Source: the human T2T-CHM13v2.0 reference genome, Homo sapiens
Assembly: GCF_009914755.1 (NCBI RefSeq)
Contig: NC_060926.1
DNA length: 64,000 bases
Direction: 5' to 3' (one strand)
The translations under genes and the position numbers were made by a program. Below, piece after piece: positions 14,521 through 29,918 of this stretch. The stretch's first letter is position 1. Each line of letters starts with the position of its first letter. The notes under the pieces are model-generated. The model was not told the DNA's origin, made no database searches, and saw nothing but the letters and a program-made list of their open reading frames with translations.

Positions 14521-17500
14521 GTAGGTCATGTAATGACAGTTAGAGAAATATTCATCAGTATATTCGAAGCACTTGTCTGGTCAAACCTATGCGCTGATGG
14601 AATAAATTTCACAGCACCAGGGGTCTGGCACAATGTATTTTTAATGCAATGCAGAACATGGAAAAATACAACCAAATGGCTTAACCTCATGCAGAGTGAT
14701 ATTGCTAGGGTAATAAACAGCCATTCATTAAGCACTGATTGTAATAGGTCAGGTCACAGATCCTTCAATCTCCTTGGCATCCTTAAGAATTCTGTTATTT
14801 TATTGGCTTGTTGGGAATATCAAAGGATTATTTAATTAGGCGAAAATCCTGATGCTGTGAAAATGCATAGCTTGCTTTAGATTGTTTAAGAAATTTAGAT
14901 TTCTTAAAGAAGCACTTTTAGGGTTAGACAAAATCTTGCATATGAGCAGAAAACCAAAAGTGTATGAAGTTATATTTTAACATTATTACATGAACCATGG
15001 TCACTACATTTTCCTCAATGATTACTTTTTTATTGGCCTTACAGATAAATGCCTAACAACATCCTAGTATATCACGTACCAAGAGCTTTTGCTAGATCAG
15101 CAAAGATCCTCTACTGCATTTTCTCTCTGGCTTCTTGCTTAAGAAATAGCACATTGTTTTTCCCTATTTTCTTATCCTAGTAGTTTATCCTTAGTTCATG
15201 TTCCAAAGCATACTTTAATTAGGTAACAATAATTTTGATTATGCATTAAGAAATCTGCAGAGTATTCTCATAGAGATGTTTAGTGTTCCTGTCAGGATGA
15301 CATTGTCAGGCAACATTATTATCTTGCAAAAGTTAAATGCCTATGTATTTTAATAGGTCCCAGAGGAATAAAAATGCGTGGTACATTTGTTCAGTCTCAT
15401 TTTTAGAGAAAATAAGATAACCATGCTAATTAACCAATTCAGAAGTAACTTAATAGCTTTAAATATTAATACTTTGTCTACTAGTCTAAATTCTTTCCTA
15501 AGTATTCAGCAATATTTAAATGTTGTTTGGACTCACTTACAAAAATTGAAGGAATATTGCTCCTTATCATTGGGACTGCTTTGACAGAATAGAGAAAATA
15601 AGCTCAAAGAATTTAGAAAGCCATTTCAGGGGAAGGGAGAGGAAAGTTGAATATTAGGAAGAAGAGAGAGGACAAAGGATGGGAGGGAGGGAGAGACAGA
15701 GGGACAGAGAACTGACAATGTCCACACTCCAAGTTTTACCAAAAATACAACTACTACTGTACCTTACCTGTTTTTGGCACTTTCTCTTTTATCTTCTCAG
15801 GTATCAGGAATCTATATCTTTGATAGGCAAGTCTATCAACTTGTTCTATAGGAATATTATAGGAAAATGCCAAATGCTATGTTTTGCTGTCAAATGTTGA
15901 GCTTTTACAAAAACAATAAGGGCAAGAGTGATGGGTGGTGCTCATTCTCTGTAGTGGTGCTGGTGATGGGTGGAGGGTTATGGCATCTATTGGAAATAGC
16001 TAGTCTTGAAAGCCCTGACAAGGCTTCTGGAGATCCACCAGAGTAGGTGATTGGTTTTTGCTTCCAGAAACTTCAGAGTTGCCCCAGATTTCTAGATAGA
16101 GTGAGTCCCGTTCGCTGACACTTCTAGTTGGGAAGAAACTCTGGAGCTAGACTTAATCTATGCAAAAGCTTCAATAAACAAGTCTATAGTTAATTATTCT
16201 AGGGTGGGCCCTTACCCAAACAGTGCCAATCAGCATTCTTCCCCAATAATTTAAAATGAAATTGATCTCATTCCAAGATACTGTAATCAGAAGCTCTTCA
16301 TTGCCACATTTTTCTACCTTATAGATGAAGTCAGTCACTCAGAAGCAAAAAGCCCACCGAAAATGACATAAAGTAAAGCAGAGGTGCAAGAGAAAGGGAA
16401 TCATGACAATATCTAAGTTGAGTTTTTCCTGACTTCCAGCTACATTCCTACTTTTCCTGCAGCCTGATTGTTAACTCTTTGTGAGATAGGTAACACCATA
16501 TCTTCTTTAAAAATTTACTATACTTAAATTTATATATAAGCTGGATTTTTTAAATTACTGATCAAAATGCACGTGGGCCTTTTTGCACAAAGGAAAAACA
16601 TCTTTCTGCCGCTGCATTTGTGCTTCCTCTTGTCCTAGCATGTCCTTGCCTGCCAAACACAAGTTGGGATCTCATTCAATGAGGGAGGTGATGATATTTA
16701 GGTGGCTGCTTGCCTTCACAAGTATCAACCCATAATAAAAGCTCGCGTGGGCACAGTGGGTGTGCCAATTCTGCCAGTGTCTTATGTGAAAAAGGAAGTA
16801 TTTATCCTCAGGCATCACTTTCTTTTTTAGCATTTCCTAACTCTTCCCAAGTTTCTCAGCTGCTAACACATATACACACATATGCTCATAAATCTGCTTG
16901 AGGAGCTCAGATTCTGGAGTCTAGCAGCCCTAATTTTGGTCATGGTTCTGCCAATTTTTAGTTCTGCATTTCTGGCCAAGTCTATAAACTCTCCAAACAT
17001 CTGTTTTCTTTTTTATATAGTGGGGATAGCAGTAGTACCTATTTCGCTGGTTATGTGGGCAGGAAGTAGATAAGTTAAAGTACTTTGCATAGTAATAGAC
17101 ATAAGTTAAGAGCTCAATAGTTATAGTTAGTATTATAATTTTTATTAAAACTATGATTATGATTATAAGCACCATCTGCCTATTCACATTAGGCAGTAAT
17201 GCCAATTCATTGTATACAAAACCTCTATTAATGCTCTAGGCAATGGAGAGTTAACGAGAAAACCTGTGCCATTTACAGTCTTTCTCTTAGAAACCTGGGT
17301 CTATTTTCAGGCCCTAGTGTGTAAAATCTCTTGACTGTGGATGAGTGAATGTTTGCTTTATGACAGAAATTATTAATCTGATGCTGATTTCTCTTTACAT
17401 TGTGGCTGTTGTTGTCGAAGGTATAAGCGATTAAGGTTGAATATGGACTGATCCCAAGATACATACTAGGAGCACACTGTTATTTGTCTTAGTTTTTAAA

Positions 17501-18003
17501 GTGATCTGCAGCATAAGTTTGTTTCCTGTTATTTCTTCACACTCTGTCTCATGGTGTGTAAAAAAAAAAAAACCACTTTAATAAACTGCATATTTTACCT
17601 AAGGGTCCATGTATCAGTACTTTCAAAACTTTCAAATTTCATGTATGTTACAGTATCTTTAAACGCTTCTTTCCAGGTACACAAAGTCTAATACTCCACA
17701 GTAAAACATACACCTAGACAATTCTGCAATGAATCTATCATATGGAATAATAAGTTATAAGTGAGCCCTCCCTTCCCTGGAGTAATTTATACCTATTGTT
17801 TTTCACTCTAGGAAATAAACATTTACTAGAATATTTGCTTTGAATAAATCTACTATGAATTGATTTTGAACTTCCACTTTTCTCCAAAAAAAATGCATTT
17901 AGATTTAAAATTATGGTGCTTTTTTGGGACAGTTTCATAACAGGCATAGAAATTATTAGAGCAATTATGAAATACTGATAAAACAAATGTGGGAACGACT
18001 GTG

Positions 18004-18537
18004 TGCTGTGGTCTGAATGTTTGTGCCTCCTCCTCCAAACTCACATGTTGAAACATAACCCCCAATGTGATGGAATTCAGAAGTGGAGTTATTGGAAGGT
18101 GATAAGGGCACGAGGGCTCCGCCCTCATGAACGGTATTAATGTCCTTATAAAAGAGGCCTGAAGGAGCTTCTTCTTCCCTTGTACCATTTGAGGACACCC
18201 AGAAGTCACCATCTATGAGGACCTGGCTCTCATTTAAACACTTCAGGTGGGGCGTGGTGGCTCACACCTGTTATCCCAGAACTTTGGGAGGCCGAGGAGG
18301 GTGAATCACTTGAGGTCAGAAGTTTGAGACCAGCCTGAACAACATGATGAAACCCCATCTCTACTACAAATACAAAAAAAAAAAAAAAAAAAAGCTGAGT
18401 GTGGTCGCACGTGCCTGTAATCTCAGCTACTCGTGAGGCTGAGGCAGAAGAATCACTTGAACCTGGGAGGCGGAGGTTGGAGTGAGCTGAGATCACCCCA
18501 CTGCACTCCAGCTTAGGTAACAAAGTGACACTCCATC

Positions 18538-18590
<53 letters not shown>

Positions 18591-18713
18591 CACTTCACTG
18601 GCACCTTGATCTAGGATTTTGCAGCTTCCAGAACCATGAGCAATAAATTTCCATTGTTTATAAATTACCCAATCTAAGGTATTTTATTATAGCAACATGA
18701 ACAGACTAAGAGA
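18004..18713 (+). mobile_element. MaLR solo LTR (MLT1A-like) split by an Alu
   Basis: Starts TGCTGTGGTCTGAATGTTTGTG; ends AATAAATTTCCATTGTTTATAAATTACCC...CAGACTAAGA. Confidence 0.8.
18246..18587 (+). mobile_element. Alu SINE (AluS-like) with a (TAA)n microsatellite tail
   Basis: TSD AAACACTTCA at 18236-18245 and 18588-18597; tail is about 15 TAA units. Confidence 0.92.
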
Positions 18714-19310
18714 CTATCTTAGATAAATAAATCATAATTCCTCTGAACACTTCTTTAAAAGAGGGTGCAGTGTCCCTAATGTTTGTGACTGCTCAGATTC
18801 TTTAGATTTAAAGTTGCTACAACTTCATGTCCTCCAAGTTGCCCTTTTTCTTTTGTGCCGGTATGTCTTTGAGTCACAACTTCTCTATGTTAAGAAGCTT
18901 TATGAGCAGCCATTCTATACCATCCTGCACCCTCCAGCAGCTTATCCGTGACCTTCCCTTGATGCCCAACAGCTGCTGTCACTGTACCCTGGCATGTCCG
19001 ATGCCCAGCTGACCCATAAGCCCAGGGATCACTTGCTCCATGTCCTGGAATGCTGTCATGACTGCTTTAGCAGGCCACCTTGTCCTACTTTACTCCTGCC
19101 TCTGCAAGGGCTATAGAAGCTCTAAAATCTAGACAATGCAGTTTGGGAGTCCTGCAGGGGAAGAGGGATAAGAAGGAGGAGACACTCAGTTTTCAAGTGC
19201 ATAGTTGTCAGACTGTCATCTAATAATGGATTGTAGCATGTAGCATACCTGACTGCAGCAACAGAGATGCAAAAAGACTGGGAAGTTTGAAGGCCTGAGT
19301 CCCTACTCCG

Positions 19311-19349
19311 ATCTCTCTCTGTCTCTTTCTCTCTCTCTCTCTCTCTCTC
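19311..19349. repeat. (TC)n microsatellite
   Basis: Read directly from the sequence. Confidence 0.85.
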
Positions 19350-20653
19350 CCCAACCCCCCCGCCCCCACTCTCTCACTTCTCTTATTCTCCCTCTTGTTT
19401 TGTCTCTTGCTCCCACCTTCACTTTTCTTCTTTGTCTTAGCATCCATAGCAGCAGCAATAGTCACAAAGCCTCTAGCTCTTCCACCAACTTCTGGACTTA
19501 GTGAAAGCTGAGTAACACAACTTGGAAGTACAGAGGAGTTAAGACTTCCTAAAATGACCATTGATCAATAAGAACTGGATCCTAGGAGTTGTTGACATTT
19601 AAGTGCCTCTCCTTTCTTTCCTCTCCTCCCTGCTCTTCATGAATGGTACTGAGACATGGTGACACCCCATGACCTGTCTGGAAGATGATGTGAGTAGCCA
19701 AGAAACCAGCTGTGCTTGTTTGTGAAGCTGAGGCCAGCTTGGTAACACACTACCTCATGTTAGCGTCCCCTCCTTTCCTGCTTCAGTTATATTTTACCTC
19801 TACTCTAGTCATACTGGGATTGCTTCTTAGTGTGAAAGTTTTGCCTTGGACTCTGTTTTCTAGAATATCTACATGAAAACAGAGCTATCAACTGAAGTTA
19901 TCCAAATATCTAATAGACTTCTTTGAAGTGTGAACACCTGACTAAAATCGAAGATACTCATCTCATAGTGCCTGACAAAATTTTATTTTTTATTTTAGAA
20001 CTATATTTTTGATACATAATAGATGTATATATTTTTTGGGTATATGTGATAACTTAGTATATTCATATAATTCGTAAATATCAAGTCAGTGTAATTGGGA
20101 TATCCATTACCTTATATATTTTCCTTTATGCTAGAACAACTCAAATTATTCTCTTCTGGCCATTTTGAAATATATAGTAGATTATTGTAAGCTATAGTCA
20201 CCCTACTGATCTATCAAATACTGGGTCTTATTTCTTTTATCAAACTATATATTTGTACCCATTAATCAACCTGTCTTCATCTCCCCCCCTCACCCCTACG
20301 TTCCTTGCCTCTGGTAACTACCAATCTTAACTCTCTATCTTTGTGAGATCCACCTTTTTAGCTTCCACATATGAGTGAGAACATATGATATTTGTCTTTC
20401 TGTTTGGCTTATTTCACTTAATGAGCTCCAGTTCCATTTATGTTTCTGCAAATGACAGGATTTTATTCTTCCTTATGGTTGAGTAATAGTCCATTTGTAT
20501 ACATTATACCACGTGTTCTTTATCCATTCATCCATTGATGTGCACTTAGGTTGATTCCATAGTTTGACTATTGTGAATTGTGCTGCAATAAACATGGCAG
20601 TGCAGTTGCCTCTTCAATTTATTGATCTCTTTCCCTTCTCTTGAGTATATAAA

Positions 20654-20689
20654 TGTGTGTGTGTGTGTATGTGTGTTTATGTGTGTGTG
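20654..20689. repeat. Interrupted (TG)n microsatellite inside the L1
   Basis: Read directly from the sequence. Confidence 0.85.
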
Positions 20690-21721
20690 TATTCAGTAGT
20701 AGAATTTCTGTATATGGTACTTCCATTTTTAGTTTTTTGAGGAACCTCCACACAGTTTTCCATAATGGCTGTACTTATTTAAATTCCCACCAACAGTGTT
20801 CAAGGGTTCCCCTTTGTCCACATCCTCACCAGCATCTATTATTACCTGTCTTTTTTATAATAGCCATTTTAGCTGGGGTAAGATGATATCTCATTATGCT
20901 TTTGATTTACATTTTTCTGATAAGTACTAATGTTGAACTTTTTTTTCATATGGCAGTTGGCTATTTGCATGTCTTCTTTTGAGAAATGTCTACTCAGGTA
21001 TTTTGCCCATTTTTAAATTGGATTATTTGGGGGTTTTTTGCTGTTGAGTTCTTTGAACTATTTATTTATTCTGGTTATTAAGTCCTTGTCACATGGGTAG
21101 TTTGCAAACATTTTCTCCCATTCTGTTGGTTGTCTCTTCACTTTGTTGATTGTTTGCTATGCAGAAGCTTTTTAGCCTGTTGTACTCCCATTTGTCTATT
21201 TTTGCTTTGATTGCCTGTGCTTTGATATCTGACACAAAAGAAAAAAAATCTTTTCCCAGACCAATATCCTGGAGCATATTCCCAAAGTTCTTTTCTTCTA
21301 GTAGTTTCAAAATTTCGGTTCTTAGGTTTAAGACTTTAATACATTTTGATTTGATTTTCTTGTATGTTGAAAGGTAGAGGACTAGTTTTATTTTTCTGCA
21401 TATGCTTATCCAGTTTTCCCGGTAATATTTATTGAAGAGACTATCCTTTCCCCACTGCATGTTCTTGGCACCTTTGTCAAAAATGAGTTGTCTATAAATG
21501 CATGAATATAAATCTGGATATAAATCTGGGGTTTTTATCATGCATATAAGTCTGAGTTTTTTATTTTGTTTCATTTGTCTAAGTATCTGTTTTTATGCCA
21601 GTGCCATGCTGATTTGCCTACTACAGGTTTGTAGTGTATTTTGAAGTCAAGTAGTGTGATGCTTTCAGCATTGTTCTTTTTGCTCAGGATTGCTTTGGCT
21701 ATTCAAGATATTTTGAGTTTC

Positions 21722-22093
<372 letters not shown>

Positions 22094-25000
22094 TTAATAC
22101 TAGTTCTTCCAATCCATGTGCATAGAATATCTTTCCATTTTCATATATCATCTTCAATTACTTTCTTTAGCGTTTTATGCTTTTCCTTGTATAGCTCTTT
22201 CACTTTTTTTGGTTAAATTGATTTGCAGGTGTTTTATATCCTTTATAGCTATTGCAAATGAGATTGCATTCTTGATTTATTTTTCAGATTGTTCACTGTT
22301 GGTGTATATAAATGCTACTGATTTCTGTATGTTGATTTTATGTCTTGCAACTTTACTTAATTCTTTTATCAGTTACAAGAGTTTTTTGGTAGAGCCTTTA
22401 GGTTTTTGTAAGTATAAGATCATATCATCTGCAAACAAGGCTAATTTGACGTCTTACTTTCCAACTTAGATGTCCTTTATTTCCTTCTCTTGACTAACTG
22501 CTATGGCTAAGACTTCCAGTATTATGTTGAACAAAAGTGGTAAAAGTAGGCATCCTTGTCTTGTTCCAGATCTTAGAGCAAACGCTTTCCATTTTTCTCC
22601 ATTCAATACAATGTTAGCTGTGAGTCTGTCATATGAAATCTTTACTATTTTGAGTTCTTTTTCCTTCTGTATCTAATTTGTCAAGAGTTTCTATCATAAA
22701 GGGATATTGAATTTTATCAAATGCTCTTCAGCATCTATTGAAATGATCGTATGGTTTTTGTTCTTGCTTCTGATAATGTTGCATGTTATTCCTGCACAGG
22801 GTGTACCATCCTTACATTCCTGAAATGAATCCCACCTGATCATGGTGAATGATCTTTTTAATGCATTGTTGAATTTGGTTTGCTAATATTTTGATCAGGA
22901 TTTTTACATTTATTTTCACCAGTGATACTGGCCTATAGTTTTCTACTTTTGCTATGCCCGTTTCTGGTCTTGGATCAGGGAAAGCTGGCTTCATGGAATA
23001 AATTATGAAGTATTCCCTCCTCTTCAATTTTATTTAAATAATTTGAGTAGAATTGGTATTAGTTCTATGTTAAATGTTTGGTAGAATTCATTAATGAAGC
23101 CATCAGAGTCTGGGTTTTTTTTCATGGGAGACTTTTAAGTACAGCTTCAGTTTTCTTACTTGTTACTCGTTTGTTGCCATTTTCTATTTCTTCATGGTTC
23201 AATCTTGATAGGTTGTGTATGTCCAGGAATTTATCAATTTAGTCTAAGTTCTTCAAATTGTTGGCATTTGGTTGCTCATAATATACTGTAATTATTATTT
23301 GTATTTCTGTGATCTCAGTGTTTATGTCTCCTTTTGGGGTTCTGATATTATTTATTTGGGTCTTCTTTTTTCTTAGTCTAGCTAAAAGTTTGTCAGTTTT
23401 GTTTATTTTTTTAAAAAAAACAAAGATTTGATCATTTGATCTTCTGTATGGTGAGACCACTTTGACTTATGGCTACTCTGATGTATATGATTTTGTCTTT
23501 CTACTAATTTGAGGTTTGGTTTGTTCTTGCATTTCTAGTACCTTGAAGTACATCATTAAATTATTTGAATTCTTTCTACTTTTTCAATGTAGACATTTAT
23601 TGCTGTAAACTTCCCTCTTAATACTGCTTTTGCTGTATCTCATAGATTTTGGTTTGTTATATCTCCATTTTCATTGTTTTAAGAAATTTTTACATTTTCT
23701 TAATTTTTTAATTTATTCGTTGGTTATTCAGGAGCATGTTGTTTAATTTCCATGTATTTGTGTAGTTTTTAAGGTTCCTCTTGTTATTTATTTCTAACAG
23801 CATTCCCTTGTGATCAGAAAACATACTTGATATGATTTCTACTTTTTTGGATTTGTTGAAACTTGCTTTGTCGCCGAAGATATGGTTTATTCTGAAGAAT
23901 GTCCTATGTGCTGATGAAAAGAATGTATATTCTACAACAATTGGGTGAAATATTCTATAAATATCTGTTAGACCTATTTGGTATAATGTAGTTTAACTCT
24001 AGTGTTTCTTTGTTGATTATGTGCCTGTCCTGTCAATTACTGAGAGTGGAGTGTTGAAATGTTCTACTATTATTGTATTGAGATCTCTCTTTCTCTCTCT
24101 CTCCCTTTAAATCTATTAATGTTTTCTTTATATACTTGGGAAGTCCAGTGTTGGGTCTATCAACAATTACAGTTGCTATATCCTCTTGCTGAATTGACAC
24201 CTTTAATAGTGACCTTCTTTGTCTATTTTTACAGTCTCTGATTTGTAGACTATTTTAGCTGATACAAATACAGCTGCTCCTTCTCTTTTTGGTTTCCAGT
24301 TGCATGGAATATCTTTTTTTATTCTTTCACTTTCAATGTCTTTCACTATATGTGTCTTTATAGGTAAGGTGAGTTTCTTGTAGACAGTATATACTTGGGA
24401 CTTGTTCCTTTATCCATTCAGACACTCTATGTCTTTTAAATGGAAAATTGAGTCTATTTACACTCAGTGTTATTGATAGGAACTTGCTACTGCCATTTTG
24501 TTGCTTGTTTTCTAATTGTTTTGTAACTCCTCTTTTAGTTTTTTCCCCTCTTCCTTTGTGGTGAAGTTATTTTCTCTGGTAGTATGTTTTAATTTGTTGC
24601 GTTTTACTTCTGGTAAACCTATCATAAGTTTTTGCATTATGGTTACCACGAAGCTTACAAAAATATCCTGTATGACAAGTTATTCTGAAGAGATGACAAG
24701 TTCACTTAGATTGCAAAGAAAATAATAGAAACAAACAAAAAAATTTACACTTTCACTTTGCCCCCGACATTTTGACTTTCATTTTTCTCAATTGACATAT
24801 TTTTATATTATCATTCTTAGGTTGCTGTAGCTGTTATTATTTTTGATAGATGCTTATTTGGGGCTTCAAATTCAGTTATGAGTGAATTGCACACCACAAT
24901 TACAGTATTAGGATATTCCATGTTTGTCCATGTGCTTAATTTTTCCTGTGATTTCGTTTTGCACATTTGTGTTTTGTTCTTTCAAACTGAAGAACCCCCT

Positions 25001-27408
25001 TTAGCATTTCTCATAAGTCTGGTGGTGGTGAATTCTCTCAGCTTTTGTTTGTCTGTAAAGGACTTTATCCTGCCTTTATATCTGGAGGATAACTTTGCTG
25101 GATACAGTATGCTTGGGCAGTGGATTTTTTTTCTTTCAGAACTTTGAAAATGTCCCACTCCCTTCTACCCTGTATGATTTCCATTGAAAGATCTGTTGCC
25201 AGATAAGTGGGAGCTCCTTTATATGTTGTTTGCTTATTGTATCTTAAGGTTTTTAAGGTCCTGTTTTTCTCCTTCACCTTGGAAAGTTTGATTATTATGC
25301 GCCTTATGATAGTCTTATTTGGGTCATATCTGTTTGGTGTTCTCTGACCTTGCAGTACCTAGATATTTATATCATTCCCAAGTTTTGGAAAGTTTTCTGT
25401 TGTTTTTTATTTGAATATGTTTTCGACGCTTTGCTCTTGCTCAACTCTCTTTTGAGCACCAATAAATCCTAGATTTGGTCTTTTGGGGTAATTTTCTGTA
25501 TCTTGTAGGCAGTCTTCATTCCCTTTCATTCTTTTTCTCCTCTGACTGTGTATTTTCAGATAACCTGTCTTTGATCTCCCTAATTCTTTTCTCTGCTTGA
25601 TCCATTCCGCTTTTGAGAGCCTCTAATGAATTTTTCAGTTCAGCAAATGTAGTTGTTTCAATATTTCTATTTTTTAAAATTATTATTTCAAACTGTTTAA
25701 TTTCTCTGATAAATTTCTGAATAGATTTTCTGTGTTATCTTGGAGATCATAGAGTATTCTAGAAATTGTTATTTTGAATTCTAGCTCAGAGAGCTCACAT
25801 ATCCATGTTGTTAGGATCACACACTGGTTCCTTTCTTTATTCATCTGGGGTGGTCCTGCTTCCCTGTTTCCCTTGTTTTTTTAATGGACGTACCTCTCTG
25901 TCTTTATGTGGAAGGCTTAGCTATTAATTCCAGGCTTGTCAGTGTGGCTTGTTTTGGTTTTTACTGGATATTACTTTTTAGTAATTCTTCGTAATTTAAC
26001 TGTTGGTTTTCTTTCTTTTTTTCTACTGCTAAGTTCTGGCCTTCTTTTTAGCACTATATAGCATCTTGAGCCTAGGTTTGCTTTGCTTCAGTAAACAATT
26101 AGTGTGCTGCCTATCATGAATAGGGGAGGTCCCCAAGGGGATATCCCAATAGTGTGAGAAGGCTAGGTAGGTGTTCATGCCTAGGGGATCTGTGAAACCA
26201 ACCTCCTACAGCGTGGTACTGCTGAACAGCCACTTTGACTTGGTATCTCCTTTGGATGAATTACAGAACAGAGTTTTCAGAGCTGGAGGATAGTAGTCAT
26301 CCCTCCCCTCTTTGTCTCTGGATGTCCTTAGGGATGTTTCTTTCTTCAGGCACTTCCCATGCTTCCGGTGGGTTGAGGCAGGGACAGGCCTCCTGCCAGG
26401 ATACTGAAGATGGTGGGGAAGCTGGTTATCTACCTCAATCTCACATTTTGCAGCACAGAAACCATGAGTAAAGGGGAAATTTTCTGTGCACTTGGTTCTG
26501 GGCAGATTCGGGGGAGGGCTATTGCAGATATGGAAGTCTGATTCCCTTACCACTTACTGAGTTTTTTCACTTCTCTGTGGCACCAGGAACTGTCTTATCC
26601 TCATATTTGAGCTCTGAGATATGGCTGATGATAGTCTCAGCATTGAATATTTGTTTTTGGTTTTCTGTGGGGGGCTGGAGGAAGGGTGAAGCCAGCTTGC
26701 TTCTATGCTGACATTTTGGAGCTGAAGTCTTCTCTGCCAAAAATTTTATAGTAGGAAACCCTTTATCAGGCAGATCGTTGGGCCAGTTTACCATTAGGAG
26801 CCATCCAATTCTAAGCTTCTGTTTCTGTGAGACACTGTACAAATTTTTTCTAATTGCCTAGAATATCTAAGTGAGATGGGTATGACATGTCTTCAAAGAA
26901 CATTATTCAGCATAGAAGGCATGCTGTGAAAACAAATTCTTGTGGCAACAGAGAAAAACCGTGTTTTATTAGAAACCTCAACCTAATCCATAGAAAAAAG
27001 TACTGAATTCTATAAAAAAGAAAAACAGGTAAAATAAAAGAAATTTATGCCCTGTAACTTTATATGTTCTCATTGGTGATTACAGATTAGGTCATTTTAT
27101 CACATACAACTAGACAAATTATGTATTGTTTTCTTTTTTAGTCAATCTTGGCTGAGTTCCAAAATGAATTGTCATATTCTAAGTACATAGGTTCCATGGC
27201 ATGATTTGCATTCCCACTGAAGCTTCTCTATCAGCTCTGGCAGTGTTGCTCAGGGATGCTTTATTGTCAACAATTGAGAGATAGCTCACAAGAAGAGGAA
27301 GCTACGAAAATATGCAACTATGGTCTTCTTAGGCAAGAGGTGGCAAGAGCCAAAACTTTGAGATGTGAATTATTTGGGTAATTGTGAAAGTATCCTTTCC
27401 TCTCATAG

Positions 27409-27568
27409 GGTGGAGACTGTGGGGAAGGAGTTCAGATCCGCAGCCTTTCCTGCATGGTCCACAGTGGTTCAATATCTCATGCAGCTGGACGTGTCGAGGA
27501 TGCACTGTGTGGAGAAATGCCCTTTCAGGACAGCATCCTGAAGCAGCTGTGTTCTGTGCCTTGCCCAG
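27409..27568 (+). CDS. THSD7B: THSD7B coding exon B: GGDCGEGVQIRSLSCMVHSGSISHAAGRVEDALCGEMPFQDSILKQLCSVPCP
   Basis: Acceptor tcctctcatAG, donor GTATGC at 27569; 160 nt, phase 0 to 1; CGEGVQxR TSR motif. The ORF track misses this frame. Confidence 0.95.
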
Positions 27569-28703
27569 GTATGCAATGCTAGTGATTGGGAGCGCCTCCC
27601 ATGGTGATCTTTTTGTTTATTTTACTACTGTTTTCCTAGAGATGCTCTAGCTCATCAAAATTAAAGTTTTTAAATAACTTTAATTCATTTTTAATTGTGG
27701 TTATCACTTTGGTATATACCTACGGCTTTGATGGAGCCAAAGTAGGCAAAAGAAAAAAAAAGGCACTGGATTTGGAAACTTAAGAGCTAAGTTAGAATCA
27801 TGTCTCTATCACTTCATTGTTTTACTTGGGGTATGTAGTCTAGCCCCTGTGAGCAATGATTTCTTCATCTAGAAACTGTGATGTTAATTCCGTATCCAAC
27901 AGCACCTAGCACATTGGACAGCGTTCAAAAAATGTTGGCTGAATTCTGGGTGATGGCATGGTTGGAACCAGTAAGGCTATGAGTTCATGAAAGCACTCTG
28001 TAAATGTGAAGTTCCATATAAATGTGAAGTTCTATATAAATTTTATTAGTTACATAAAATGTATCAGTTTATCTTAATCCTAGTAACACAACATAGTTTG
28101 TATGGCATAAGTTCAAGTGACAATATGTTTTTATAATACAGTATATAACATATGTGTATGTATGTATACACACATATGTATTACAAAAAAAATTATAATT
28201 TATATAAAGATACATTTATACAAATTATAAATTATATTTCTTGAGTGAGAAAGATGTTTAGGGTATTAAATTAAACATTCTTTGGTCCAAAAGATAGTTC
28301 ATTTCAGTGACCTACTTATTCTCTTTTATATGGTTTCTATGAACATCCATTTTATGATGTTATTCTGATCTTTGAACACTGAGTTACCATAATCTTTATA
28401 TCTCTCTTTTAAAAGTTTTATTAACACTAGCAGATACATAATATTTTCTAGATGTGACTACTACAATTTGAAGCAAAGTAATAACAATCTAGTTTTTGGC
28501 ACTTTCTTGTTAAACAAGATTAAACTATAAATTACTTCATCATTCTTAGTACATTCTGATTGGAAAATTGATCAATATAGAATGTGTAGTATCAGGAACT
28601 GCATGTATCACTGCAAATCTCTGTGTGAGCCCTGCCCATGCAAATGTTGTCCAGTGCCACTTTTCATGCTGTTTTCTCCACCCTGTACTGCATGACTGTC
28701 CAG

Positions 28704-28877
28704 GAGACTGCCATTTAACAGAATGGTCAGAGTGGAGCACATGTGAATTAACCTGCATTGATGGAAGAAGCTTTGAGACTGTGGGCCGCCAGTCTAGATC
28801 AAGGACTTTTATAATTCAGTCTTTTGAGAACCAAGACAGCTGCCCCCAACAGGTTCTAGAAACACGCCCTTGTACAG
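28704..28877 (+). CDS. THSD7B: THSD7B coding exon C: GDCHLTEWSEWSTCELTCIDGRSFETVGRQSRSRTFIIQSFENQDSCPQQVLETRPCT
   Basis: Acceptor gtccAG, donor GTACCA at 28878; 174 nt, phase 1 to 1; WSEWSTC is the canonical TSR WxxWxxC motif. Confidence 0.95.
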
Positions 28878-28972
28878 GTACCAAGAGCACTTTTCAGTTC
28901 TTTAGCCTTCATTGATCAATGCTTATTCTAAGTGAGGTGTAATAGAACTGCTATTATCATATTTACTTACAG

Positions 28973-29068
28973 GAGGCAAATGTTATCACTACACATGGAA
29001 AGCAAGTCTTTGGAACAATAACGAACGAACTGTATGGTGCCAGCGTTCAGATGGCGTTAATGTCACAG
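28973..29068 (+). CDS. THSD7B: THSD7B coding exon D: GGKCYHYTWKASLWNNNERTVWCQRSDGVNVT
   Basis: Follows a 95-nt intron; acceptor ttacttacAG, donor GTATTC at 29069; 96 nt, phase 1 to 1. Confidence 0.93.
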
Positions 29069-29647
29069 GTATTCCTGCCTAAGACTCATGTGGGCACTTC
29101 ACAAACACCCCTGAGTGTTGTTATTTGTGAGAAGAATTAGCTTACAAATTATAAACAAGGGGTGACTTGGGCAGGTAGCTTAGATGAATTTTATTACAAA
29201 TTTTCATTAGACGTTTGCATCTTAGAAAGAAAGCAATTCAATTTTAAGACCTATAAAAATATCAAACAACTTAAAGAAATAAGCTGAAATGCAATAAAAT
29301 GTCCTTAAATATCATGATCTGAGATAAAGACTGAAAAAGACAGATGCTAGTAAAATTTTAAATCATGTCCCTTCTCAATAAAACGTTTCAAAGGACATAT
29401 CTTAGCATGTGTGTGTGCAGTACTCACCTGACATAAAACATACTCAGAAGTTGAAACTAAAGAGGTTAATAAAGACAAAATTTAAAAATTAAAATATTCT
29501 GTATGTTAATGATGCAGAAAGCTTTTATGATGTAAATTACAGGTATTTGTATTCATGTACTAGCAGCTTAGTTTTTGAATATTTTGTGAGTCATGATTAT
29601 TACTTAATATCTAAATATAGACTGAGCAAGAGGTCCCTCATTCATGA

Positions 29648-29918
<271 letters not shown>

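Noticed and set aside
14380-14835. 151-aa ORF as a standalone gene or alternative last exon
   Set aside because: It is exon A reading 105 codons into the intron; the nearby AATAAA (14712) precedes the stop, so it does not define a proper terminal exon.
18230-18604. ORF with a poly-Leu signal-peptide-like start
   Set aside because: Antisense translation of the Alu (TAA)n tail and Alu body; the other Alu-derived ORFs are rejected for the same reason.
28001-28041. 18-bp tandem duplication (similar ones at ~21506 and ~40207)
   Set aside because: Ordinary short slippage duplications in AT-rich or repeat sequence.
28568-28915. 115-aa ORF
   Set aside because: It is exon C plus open intronic flanks; retaining the 95-nt intron hits a stop at 28913-28915 and would be an NMD substrate.
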